Positions 20,082 through 29,193 are shown, counted from the stretch's first letter. The stretch: 64,000 nt of DNA from Promethearchaeota archaeon (GCA_020343655.1 CP070805.1:1742458-1806457); one strand, 5' to 3'. Numbers and translations are program-made. Notes: generated by a model from the letters alone, not told the origin.

Positions 20082-20811
20082 ATTCCTCGTTTTGTTGAAT
20101 TGCTTTATTAACCATTTCTATTACTTTATCTTTATTTAAGGATTCCATATTTTCAATTTCTTCAATTATCTTATCTAAGTTGGCTTTAACACCTTTAAAG
20201 TTTTCAATTCTCCTTTCTATTTGTTGAAGCATACCTTTCATCCAAGATCTCACGCCTCTAAAAAAATCAATCGCATCATCTTTAGACTCAAATTCATTTA
20301 TTTTCTCTGATAATATCAATCTTAATCCCTTAGAGGGCGATATCTCTGACATCATGCTAAATAAATTTGCCCATCTCAGTTTTAATTCATCTAAGAATTT
20401 TCTTCCAAGATCCGTTATTATATAGAATTTATTGGCTCGCCCTTCAATAATTTCCTCTTTAGATTCTAAATATTTCTTCTCTTCCAATTCCTGTAGAGTT
20501 CGTATCAAAGTTCCTCTTGGAAAATTATATTTATCTTGTAATTGGTAACCAGTAATTCCATCGGGATACTCAGAAATTATCAATAAAATAATAAAATCTC
20601 TTATTTCTTGAAATGATTCCCGCCCTATCGGTAAAGGAGGTTTGAAATGTCCTTTTGAAAATGGTCGAAATGATCCAAATGGTGGAAAACCACCAAATGG
20701 AGGTTGATATGGAGGTCCATGATGTTCGGGTGGACCTTGCCCCATGAACCTATTTGGTCTATTATCAAACCTTAATTGATCTATATCTCTTTTAAACACT
20801 GTAAATATCAC
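20065..20811 (-). CDS. PadR-family transcriptional regulator with Pro/Gly/Phe-rich N-terminal region
   Basis: wHTH segment ITGYQLQDKYNFPRGTLIRTLQELEEKKYLES...NKFYIITDLGRKFL. Overlaps the downstream ABC ATPase gene by 17 nt. Confidence 0.7.
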   Translation of the reverse strand: MIFTVFKRDIDQLRFDNRPNRFMGQGPPEHHGPPYQPPFGGFPPFGSFRPFSKGHFKPPLPIGRESFQEIRDFIILLIISEYPDGITGYQLQDKYNFPRGTLIRTLQELEEKKYLESKEEIIEGRANKFYIITDLGRKFLDELKLRWANLFSMMSEISPSKGLRLILSEKINEFESKDDAIDFFRGVRSWMKGMLQQIERRIENFKGVKANLDKIIEEIENMESLNKDKVIEMVNKAIQQNEEYDIND

Positions 20812-20994
20812 CTAAGGATCAGTATAATTGAATAAAATGTACTTAATACTATAAAAGAAATCATCATATTTAAAAGTTGCCCAATCTGGACATATGTCAA
20901 ATACCTATTTTTTAATATTATATAAAAAAATAACTACATAAAATGATATAAATTATCAACTTTAAGATATTATTATTAGAAAAAGTGAATAATT

Positions 20995-22332
20995 ATGGCA
21001 GAAGCATACATTGAAGATACAAATCAAGGGATTAAATCAGCTGTAAAGCGAATTTTTAATCAAATTGAGAAAGCTGGAGTATCAATCCTTAAAAAATCAA
21101 AAGAAGTTTACATCAAAGTGAATGGGATTGATTTTAAAAAGCATACATACACTTCCCCTGAAGTGTTAGAAGCTGTTATTCTTTATCTAAAAGAGAAAGG
21201 AGCGGCTATTTATTTTATGGAAAATTCCACACAAGGGAATTTCACACGGCTTGTTTTTACTGTCAATGGTTATAAAGACGTGTGTGAGAAAACTGGAGCA
21301 AAAATTATATACTTAGATGAAGAAGACACAGAAACATTCGAATTTAGAGGTAAACCTTCAGTAAAAAAAGACCCTATAGGATATAATTTAATGACTTTTA
21401 GATTACCACAAACAGTTGTAAAAATTATGTAAAACAGAGATTCAGTAACATATATTAATATCCCAAAATTTAAGACTCATTCTATGGCAGTGGTTACATT
21501 AGGTATAAAAAATCAATGGGGCTTTACTCATCATGCAGATCGTGGAAAAGACCATAATTACAACTTGCATTCAAAACTTATTGATATGTATGAATTATTA
21601 CAACCAGACATAACTCTTATAGATGGTACTGAAGGAACTATTCATGGGCATTATCCTCCTTCAGCTTGGGAAGACAAAATAATAATTCCATTTAATATCC
21701 TTATTGGAGGTATTGATACTTCAGCTGTTGATGTTGTAGGAGCAAGAATTTTTGGCTTAACAATTGATATAATTCCACATCTAAAATTAGCATCTGAACG
21801 AGGATTAGGAGAAGGTGATTTGAGTAAAATTAAGGTTATTGGAAAGGATTTGGAAGAATATAAAGAAATTTATGAATGGAATTTGTTCCAAAAATTTCCT
21901 GAAGATATAAAAATTATTAAAGCTAAAGATTTATTGTGTAGAGAGGGGTGCCAAGATAATCCATTAATCTTTTTGCAGAGTTTAGCTTTTGATTATCCAG
22001 AAAAATTCAAAGGGGAATGGTTCATAATAATGGGAAAAGGACATGATGATGATCTAATCGAAAAATTGAGATCAGAAGGATATACTAGAGGATTAGTAGC
22101 AGGTTATTGTGCTATAAACGAAGTTGGAAAAGTTCTTAGAAAAGAATTTGGTAGGAGAAATGTATTTTTTTCAGGTGACTGTAATAATATGGCAGAAACA
22201 ATTAGAGCCGAATTAAAATTAGCTGGTATGAGTGCATTTGATTTAGTCCCTTTACCATATGAAGAATCAATGAAAATACTTCAAGAAGCTCAAAAACATG
22301 GCACTAAAGCATTAATCCCTATAACATTCTAA
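20995..22332 (+). pseudogene. DUF362-family protein gene interrupted by one in-frame TAA (21430-21432)
   Basis: ORFs 20995-21432 and 21484-22332 are in the same frame. Translating across the stop gives ...TVVKIM*NRDSVTYINIPKFKTHSMAVVTLGIKNQWGF..., which restores the conserved DUF362 core (INxPKxKTH...KN..G). Confidence 0.75.
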
Positions 22333-22401
22333 GATAAATTTTCTTAGCTTTTTTATTAAAATAAATAAATTTTTTTAAAGATATTTAACAAATAAATTAT
22401 T

Positions 22402-23151
22402 GTGGATTTAAGTTCTATATATTCTGAGCTAAAGGAACTCTTATCAATTTCTGATGATAAATTCAATTTGGAAAGAGATATTAATCAGCATTTTAACACG
22501 GAACCCGATGAGAATAAATTAGAAATTCTAGGGGACATTTTAAATTTTGTAAATAAATTTTCAATTTTTAAAGAAATTAAACCATTCATGGATTCAGTAT
22601 ATAGTTGTATTAATAAAACTCTTAAAATTAGACCTGATTCTATCTTTGATTTTGAAGAATTATTAATAAAAAATTCAATAATGCATTTTATCCAAGAATA
22701 TATCAGCTATTCTAAAATAACACAAAAAGATCAAGTTTTTAATTTTTTAGTAGATTCATTAGAAAAACTTCAACTAGAACCTTTAGTTATGAATCTTGGA
22801 TTATTACTAAAACCATTGTATCAAGATCAGAGTCATATCAAAAATCTAGAAAATCTAAAGGAAGTTGAAATAACTTACAATTCAACTAATGGAACAGAGA
22901 TTCAAATTAAAAATGAAATTGATAACTGGTTTAAAACTCAAAATATCAGTTTAGATAACCAAGATGAGTTACGAGAACTCTTAAAACAAGAATTTGAAAG
23001 ATTAATAACAAAACATAACCTAACAAAAGAATCCGAAAAATTAAAGAGATTAGAAATAGAAGTTATGGAAATGCTCACTATGAAATTAACAATGCTAAGT
23101 CTCGTGGAACATATTACAGATGATTCTTTTGAGCCCATTCCAATAAAATAA
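22402..23151 (+). CDS. hypothetical acidic protein
   Basis: 249-aa ORF with GTG start and coding-like composition; no recognised domain. Confidence 0.4.
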   Translation: MDLSSIYSELKELLSISDDKFNLERDINQHFNTEPDENKLEILGDILNFVNKFSIFKEIKPFMDSVYSCINKTLKIRPDSIFDFEELLIKNSIMHFIQEYISYSKITQKDQVFNFLVDSLEKLQLEPLVMNLGLLLKPLYQDQSHIKNLENLKEVEITYNSTNGTEIQIKNEIDNWFKTQNISLDNQDELRELLKQEFERLITKHNLTKESEKLKRLEIEVMEMLTMKLTMLSLVEHITDDSFEPIPIK

Positions 23152-23291
23152 ATATGGATTTATTTAATATTTATGTTAAGCATGTTAGATACTTCTCTAA
23201 TTTAAAACTTATATATAGTATAAACATAAAAATAATTAAATACGAATTTTGATTTTATATTTAAAAAAAAAAATTCAAAAATTAATTTAAA

Positions 23292-24659
23292 GTGAAAATT
23301 TTGGGTGAAAATGAAAAACAGTTATCAAGTGAAGAAATAGAAAAACAAAAGAAAATTGTTGGTGACCTTTATAAGAAAGAAAAAGAAGAGAGAGAAGCGT
23401 ATTTAAAAAGCACTAAAGAAGAGAGAATAAGAATTTTTGAAGAAGTTAAAGAACAAATCTCAGATTTAATTGATGAGAAAGCTTTTAGAATTGATCGTCA
23501 AAAAGAAACTGCTGTTCAATTAAAAGAATTACATCCTGACAAGGATAAGGTGGCAGAAGCTATCGAGGGTTCTATTTCTGAGAAAGCATTTAGAATGGAC
23601 AAACAAAGAGAATTAGATGAGCGGCGTATTAGTTTGTATCCTGACAAGGACAGAGTGGTGGAGGCTATCGAGGGCTCTGTTTCTGAGAAAGTATTTAGAA
23701 TGGACAAACAAAGAGAATTAGATGAGCAGCGTATCAGTTTGCATCCTGACAAGGACAGAGTAGTGGAGGCTATCGAGGGCTCTGTTTCTGAGAAAGCATT
23801 TAGAATGGACAAACGGAGAGAATTAGATGAGCAGCGTATTAGTTTGCATCCTGACAAGGACAGAGTGGTGGAGGCTATTGAGGGCTCTATTTCTGAGAAA
23901 GCATTTAGAATGGACAAACAAAGAGAATTAGATGAGCAGCGTATTAGTTTGCATCCTGACAAGGACAGAGTGGTGAAGGCTATCGAGGGCTCTGTTTCTG
24001 AGAAAGCATTTAGAATGGACAAACAAAGAGAATTAGATGAGCAGCGTATAAGTCTACATCCTGACATTGATAAAGCAGCAGAAGCTATAGAGGGTTCTAT
24101 TTCTGAGAAAGTATTTAGAATGGATAAGCAAAGAGAATTAGATGAGCAGCGTATTAGTTTACATCCTAAAATGGATAAAGCAGCAGAAGCTATAGAGGGT
24201 ACTATTTCTGAGAAAGCATTTTTAATTAATCGTGAAAAAGAAAAATTTAAAGACATTCATCTAGATTTAGAGAAATCAGCCGAAGCAATCAGTAAATCAA
24301 TTGGTGAGAAAGCATTTATGATAGAAAAACGTAGAGAACTAGATGAACAACGTAAAGAGATTCATCCGAATATTGGAAGTACAGCAGAACAAATTGAAAC
24401 ATCCATAGGGAAGAAAGCCTTTCGAATTGAAAAATTAAAGGAATTAGATGAACAGCGTACTAAGTTACATCCAAATTTTGATGCTGTAGAGGAGAAAATC
24501 ATCGGTACAATAGAAAAACATGTAGAAAAAATTGACGAACAGCGTGAAATTGATGAAAAACGTATTGAAATAAAAACTGACGCAAAAAGTATTGTTAAGA
24601 AATTTGAATCTGAAGTTGAGAAAATCAAAAAGGATGAAGATGATGAGAAAACTTCTTGA
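23292..24659 (+). CDS. hypothetical protein made of about eleven 35-aa tandem repeats
   Basis: Repeat unit EKAFRMDKQRELDEQRISLHPDKDRVVEAIEGSVS. The central units are almost identical. Confidence 0.7.
   Translation: MKILGENEKQLSSEEIEKQKKIVGDLYKKEKEEREAYLKSTKEERIRIFEEVKEQISDLIDEKAFRIDRQKETAVQLKELHPDKDKVAEAIEGSISEKAFRMDKQRELDERRISLYPDKDRVVEAIEGSVSEKVFRMDKQRELDEQRISLHPDKDRVVEAIEGSVSEKAFRMDKRRELDEQRISLHPDKDRVVEAIEGSISEKAFRMDKQRELDEQRISLHPDKDRVVKAIEGSVSEKAFRMDKQRELDEQRISLHPDIDKAAEAIEGSISEKVFRMDKQRELDEQRISLHPKMDKAAEAIEGTISEKAFLINREKEKFKDIHLDLEKSAEAISKSIGEKAFMIEKRRELDEQRKEIHPNIGSTAEQIETSIGKKAFRIEKLKELDEQRTKLHPNFDAVEEKIIGTIEKHVEKIDEQREIDEKRIEIKTDAKSIVKKFESEVEKIKKDEDDEKTS
23475..24617 (+). repeat. 105-bp in-frame tandem repeat array (about 11 units; central 6-7 units nearly identical)
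   Basis: The string gagaaagc recurs at 23475, 23580, 23685, 23790 and 23895 (period exactly 105). Degenerate units start at 24210, 24306, 24411 and 24513. Confidence 0.9.
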
Positions 24660-24663
24660 TTAT

Positions 24664-25161
24664 TTAAATATGAATATTAAATTTGATTAGTTTGTTTAAA
24701 TTCATTCTTTCTAATCTTTTTTTATAATTTTGAATTGATGGGTCTACTGCACCATTAAAATTATTAATGAAACTTTTAAATCTAATATAGAAATCTTCTA
24801 CAATCTCACGCAATATTCCTCTCTCCATATGTAAATTTGTTTTTTTTGTAATCGCGATAGCTAAGAGCCTACCTTCTCTTTCATATAAGATCCTTGTATC
24901 TTTAAAATTAATTTCTTGAAGCTCTTCTTTGACTCCCTTATTTATTTCATTGATAAATAAATTTATAGCGTTTAGAAAACTGCAGATTAAATCATCGCTT
25001 AAAAAACTCAAATCATTTGAATATCTATTGCTTACGAATAAAGCACCAGTTTCGTAATCAATGAAATATATCGCATGAAACCTACACTCCTTGGAATTAA
25101 ACTTTTCAAGATTAAATCCAAATTTATTATCACTTTTATTAAAATTATTTTGGAATTCCAT
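24664..25161 (-). CDS. hypothetical protein, longin/roadblock-like fold suspected
   Basis: 165 aa. The beta-beta-helix-beta-beta-beta-helix pattern includes the helix DDLICSFLNAINLFINEI, as in small GTPase-associated alpha/beta proteins. The fold call is an inference. Confidence 0.4.
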   Translation of the reverse strand: MEFQNNFNKSDNKFGFNLEKFNSKECRFHAIYFIDYETGALFVSNRYSNDLSFLSDDLICSFLNAINLFINEINKGVKEELQEINFKDTRILYEREGRLLAIAITKKTNLHMERGILREIVEDFYIRFKSFINNFNGAVDPSIQNYKKRLERMNLNKLIKFNIHI

Positions 25162-25416
25162 TATTGAAGCTAAAATTAATTTTTTATAGATGGTGATGTT
25201 AAGTATTGAAAAAGGGATTTGAATATAAAATACAAATAATATCTTAATATTACTGGGAGTTTAAAAGTCGAAAATTAAAATTGTTTTAGAATGATATAAA
25301 TTTAATGAATTATCATATCTCTTCTAAATCAAACTATTTAAAACGTATAAAAAAATAAAAATAAACAAACTTTATATATCGTTACTCAAATATAACTTTT
25401 AATTACCTTTAGGTTT

Positions 25417-25887
25417 TTGATTATTATGGAAACAGACAAAAGTGCTCAAAAAAATAAAATTTCTATAGGTCTTATTATTAACAATAATGAACTTAACAAA
25501 AATCCTATTTTTCCTTCAGAAATTAAAGAAGAGATATTAAATTCCCCCTATTACTTATTAATTTTCATATCACGTGAAGATGTTGTTAAAATAAGTTGTT
25601 TTCCAACAAAAAATAAAAATATTAAAAAGATTCTTGTAAAATTAAAAGAATTTTCGCCAGATCTCGTTAAAGGAATATCTAATGTATTGAATGAATTAAA
25701 TTTAAGCAAAGAAATCTTACATACAACTGGATTATGTTATGAAATGGAAAAATGCTTCTACGAAACTTATCTTATTGGAGATATGATAGATACTGGTGAA
25801 TTAACTGTTGATACTATTAAGAATAAATTTATGTCTGTTGCGAATGTTCTTAGCGTTATAATTGAAGATATTTATACTCTAATCTAA
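25417..25887 (+). CDS. hypothetical protein (C-terminal ACT-like segment possible)
   Basis: 156-aa ORF. The TTG start is from the ORF track; an ATG lies at 25426. The segment ILVKLKEFSPDLVKGISNVLNELNLS resembles an ACT beta-alpha unit. Confidence 0.35.
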   Translation: MIIMETDKSAQKNKISIGLIINNNELNKNPIFPSEIKEEILNSPYYLLIFISREDVVKISCFPTKNKNIKKILVKLKEFSPDLVKGISNVLNELNLSKEILHTTGLCYEMEKCFYETYLIGDMIDTGELTVDTIKNKFMSVANVLSVIIEDIYTLI

Positions 25888-25973
25888 TAAAAAAAATTTT
25901 CAAAATAATTTTTAGTTTTTTATAAAAAAAGAACCTTAAAAAAATTTAAATTAATAGTATTTTTCGTGATTCA

Positions 25974-26180
25974 ATGAGTGATAAAGAAGTTCCACCTCCA
26001 CCAGTGCTCCCTCCCCCCTTCAAAATAAATGAATATTTTTGCCTATTCCATAAAGGTGATATCCAAGGTGAAACCTACACATGTCCTGCTTGCAAGACAA
26101 AATATTGCTTAGAATGTGCTAAAAAAGCAAAAGTTGAAGGAAAACTATGTGTCAAATGTAAGCAAATGATATTAGTATAA
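25974..26180 (+). CDS. small proline-rich protein with 8-ligand RING/PHD-spaced zinc finger
   Basis: 68 aa. N-terminal PPPPVLPPPF, then CLFH-x11-CPAC-x4-CLEC-x10-CVKC. Confidence 0.55.
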   Translation: MSDKEVPPPPVLPPPFKINEYFCLFHKGDIQGETYTCPACKTKYCLECAKKAKVEGKLCVKCKQMILV

Positions 26181-26218
26181 AATAGAATTAAGAGTTTAAC
26201 TTTTTGCTTTATTCTCTT

Positions 26219-26638
26219 TCATGTTTTCACTTGTTTAATTGATGATAGAGATCTCCATGTCTTCCAAAAAATCAACCATAAAATAATGAAAATAAAAAAC
26301 GATGTAGCAAATGTATACCATCCAATAAATAAATCTCCATATGGCGGATTTAAGAAGGAGAAAGGAATTCCAGCTATTGCGAAACCAAATAAATATCCGT
26401 ACCCCCAATACCGATTTTTTAAAGCAATGATCACTGTAGGTATTATTGTTGTAAAAATTATAGTTAAGTATGACCAGATCTCCATAGAACCTAACATGAT
26501 CAGCATATTTACCCAAGATACAACAAAACCAAAAATTATCCATATTATAGTTAAAATATCAATTTTAAATTCCGGCTCGGGTCTTCCTACAGTTTGTTCT
26601 TTCTTTTTACTCGACATGGTTGATCTATGTACATACAA
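26219..26638 (-). CDS. small integral membrane protein
   Basis: 139 aa, about 4 TM helices. This frame is chosen over the overlapping ORFs 26235-26543 and 26286-26657 because it gives coherent TM segments. Confidence 0.5.
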   Translation of the reverse strand: MYVHRSTMSSKKKEQTVGRPEPEFKIDILTIIWIIFGFVVSWVNMLIMLGSMEIWSYLTIIFTTIIPTVIIALKNRYWGYGYLFGFAIAGIPFSFLNPPYGDLFIGWYTFATSFFIFIILWLIFWKTWRSLSSIKQVKT

Positions 26639-26861
26639 TAATTTATTTTTTCTTTAAAACATAATTGATACAAATGAATACCTAATAAGATCTAATGATT
26701 TCATTTATAAACTCTTAGTCATATATTATCTTTAAGATAAAAATTTAAATTTGATATATCAATAAAAATAAACACCAATTTAGCAAAAACTAAAATTATT
26801 TCAAAAAATAATAAACAAAAAATTAAAAAAACCAAGTTAATTAACCAAAAAAACATAAAAT

Positions 26862-26980
26862 GACTCCTGCCTACACCCTGGATTTTTGTCTTTTGGTAGT
26901 GTAAATTCTTACACTCTGATTTCGCCCTCCTCCCCCTATTTTATTTTTGACGCTTACTTGCGTCTCGTAGGGCAGGAGTC
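26862..26980. ncRNA. candidate structured ncRNA of unknown class (strand undetermined)
   Basis: A GC-rich island in an AT-rich divergent intergenic region. A perfect 10-bp closing stem pairs gactcctgcc (26862-26871) with ggcaggagtc (26971-26980). Internal hairpins lie at 26899-26914 and 26949-26964, and a pyrimidine tract cgccctcctccccc at 26923-26936. Confidence 0.4.
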
Positions 26981-27369
26981 ACCTTTAATAAATAATAATC
27001 ATATTAAGGATCAAAAAAGCTATCCTTCTTTCTGAAGTAAAACTATAAATTGCTTTTTATAACAGTTATTACCTAATAATTAGGTTTGATAAAGAACTTT
27101 CTATGAAATTTTTAGAAATTTAACGATTAGAGTTAGGAGAATCTCAATAATTTGATATTGTTCATATTTTATAGAGATCGCTATATTAATCCCTCAAAGA
27201 TTTTTAAAAAATGAAATATTGTTTTCAATTTTATTAAGAATTTCAATCTTTTTTAATAATATCGATAATATTTATAAAGGTATTATAAGGTTTTTAAGAG
27301 TAGAAAGGTTAATTAGTAAAATAATTATTCAATAAAACATTTATTTGTTTAAAAAATTTATAGAATATA

Positions 27370-29109
27370 TTGATTCATATGACTGAAGGAATTACTCAAA
27401 CTACTAAAAGTGAAGTAGAAATTATCCGAACAACTACAAGCATTTGTCCAGAATGTGTAAAACATATTGCAGCTGAAATTTACGTTGATCCTGAAACAAA
27501 CTGGGTAATGATGCGAAAAACTTGCAAAGATCATGGAGAATTCAAAGATAAACTTTCTATTAACCCAGAAGATTATAAATGGCAACAAAATTTTACAAAT
27601 GAAATCGGATCCACTATAAACAATTCAACTCAACCTGAATATACTTTATCTGGCATTAAAGAAGTAAATAAAGGATGCCCTTATGATTGTGGTTTGTGTA
27701 CAAACCATAAAAGCGCTCCAAATATATGTTTGATTGATATCACCAATAGGTGTAATTTGACGTGTCCTATTTGTTTTGCTAATGCATCGGCAAAGGGATA
27801 CGTTGTAGAACCTACTTTCAAAGAATTAGTTAGAATTATGGAACATTTCAGATCAATGGAGCCTATTCCAGCAGTTTTACTTCAATTGTCTGGAGGTGAA
27901 CCAACAGTAAGGGATGATCTTCCAGAAATAATCCGTAAGGGTAAAGAACTAGGCTTTACAGAAGTCATGGTAACCACAAACGGAGTTAGATTTGGTAAAT
28001 CACCTGAATTTATGAAAAAATGTATGGATGCCGGAATGGATGCTATTTATCTACAATTTGATGCTACTGATGCTCCCGAAGTTTGGAAAAAGATTAGGGG
28101 AGTTAATTTATGGCCACTTAAAAAACGAGTTATTGAAAATGCTCGCAAGATTGGATTTTATGGCATTATGCTAGTACCAACTGTAGCTAAAGGAGTTAAT
28201 GACAATCAAATCGGGAATATCTTAGATTATGCAAGAGATAATTGTGATATTATCTCAGGAATTATCTTCCAACCTGTCTCATTGACTGGACGTATTAGTT
28301 TTGAAGAATTGATGGACATTAGATATACGACCTCTGATTTAAAGGAAGCCATTAATGCACACACAAACGGCGCAGTAACCAAATTTTATCCGATCGCTAC
28401 TACAGCAAAAATGACGAAATTGTTAGCATGGTTCGATGATATGCCCCCATTTAGTATGACAAGCCATCAAGATTGCGGTTTTTGTACCATATGCATCGTT
28501 AATGATAAAAATCAATGGGAACCTATAGAAAATTACTTCGATGCTGAAGGTTTGATTCGCTGGTCCAACAAAGTATGGGATATGGTTGAAAAGCAAGAAG
28601 TTCCAAAGCCTACCGGTTTACTTAAAGGGATTAACTTAAATGATTTTGGTCAACTTATTGCCAAAATTGGGAATTTCGTAGACGACATGACAAGTTTAGG
28701 TTACCGTCAAGCAATCAAAGCTTATTATTTTGCTGGCGCTACACGATTTATTAAACATCCCGAAAAAATCATTACAAACAAAACTTACCAAGCATTTGCT
28801 CGTTTGGTAATGGCCCCAAACCTAAAATCCGCGGGTGATTTCCTCCATAATCGCAATCTAATGGTTTCATCAATGCATTTCCAAGATAGCTACAATTTCG
28901 ACCTTGATAGAGTATGTAATTGCCTTGTGCATTACGGAGTCATCGATCCAGACGATCCTGCAAAAGTTCGCGAAATCCCGTTCTGTTCTATGAATACACT
29001 TCATCGTCCGATTGTAGAAAGACAACTTGCGTTAGCTGGACAAACAGCAAAAAAGCCTGAAGTAATTCAAGCTGAAATTGAAGAATTGTTACAAACTATT
29101 AAAGAATAA
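27370..29109 (+). CDS. radical SAM protein with N-terminal zinc-ribbon (possible tetraether lipid synthase Tes/GDGT-MAS family)
   Basis: CNLTCPICFA (Cx3Cx2C); N-terminal CPEC...CKDH; 579 aa. The likely true start is the ATG at 27379. The family-level call is tentative. Confidence 0.75.
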   Translation: MIHMTEGITQTTKSEVEIIRTTTSICPECVKHIAAEIYVDPETNWVMMRKTCKDHGEFKDKLSINPEDYKWQQNFTNEIGSTINNSTQPEYTLSGIKEVNKGCPYDCGLCTNHKSAPNICLIDITNRCNLTCPICFANASAKGYVVEPTFKELVRIMEHFRSMEPIPAVLLQLSGGEPTVRDDLPEIIRKGKELGFTEVMVTTNGVRFGKSPEFMKKCMDAGMDAIYLQFDATDAPEVWKKIRGVNLWPLKKRVIENARKIGFYGIMLVPTVAKGVNDNQIGNILDYARDNCDIISGIIFQPVSLTGRISFEELMDIRYTTSDLKEAINAHTNGAVTKFYPIATTAKMTKLLAWFDDMPPFSMTSHQDCGFCTICIVNDKNQWEPIENYFDAEGLIRWSNKVWDMVEKQEVPKPTGLLKGINLNDFGQLIAKIGNFVDDMTSLGYRQAIKAYYFAGATRFIKHPEKIITNKTYQAFARLVMAPNLKSAGDFLHNRNLMVSSMHFQDSYNFDLDRVCNCLVHYGVIDPDDPAKVREIPFCSMNTLHRPIVERQLALAGQTAKKPEVIQAEIEELLQTIKE

Positions 29110-29193
29110 TTCTTTTATATTTTTTCAAATTTTACTTTTGAATTTTAGATTTTTTTTAACTAATATTTTAATATAGAAAAAACTAGAAGAAAT

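Noticed and set aside
21430-21432. In-frame stop in DUF362 as selenocysteine recoding
   Set aside because: The codon is TAA, not TGA. No SECIS-like hairpin is evident immediately downstream.
23516-24256. 246-aa antisense ORF across the tandem repeat region
   Set aside because: The open frame is a by-product of the 105-bp periodic repeat on the coding strand. Its low-complexity Ser/Leu/Cys-rich translation mirrors the repeat. The + strand product has a coherent charged helical unit and an unrepeated N-terminus.
23475-24617. Possible CRISPR array (regular repeats)
   Set aside because: Units are contiguous, with no unique spacers. The period is 105 bp and exactly in-frame within a long ORF. 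No cas genes are nearby.
26235-26657. Two alternative ORFs (26235-26543 on the - strand, 26286-26657 on the + strand) overlapping the membrane protein gene
   Set aside because: Only the 26219-26638 frame yields regular TM helices with positive-inside loops. The others are frame-shifted shadows.
26862-26980. tRNA or tRNA-Sec gene (prompted by the nearby-in-genome PSTK-like gene)
   Set aside because: No T-arm/T-loop (GTTCRANNC-like) lies adjacent to the 3' strand of the closing stem. There is no D-arm, and no 7-nt anticodon loop with a U33-TCA context on either strand. At 119 nt with a 10-13 bp closing stem, it does not fit even intron-containing models that I could build by hand.
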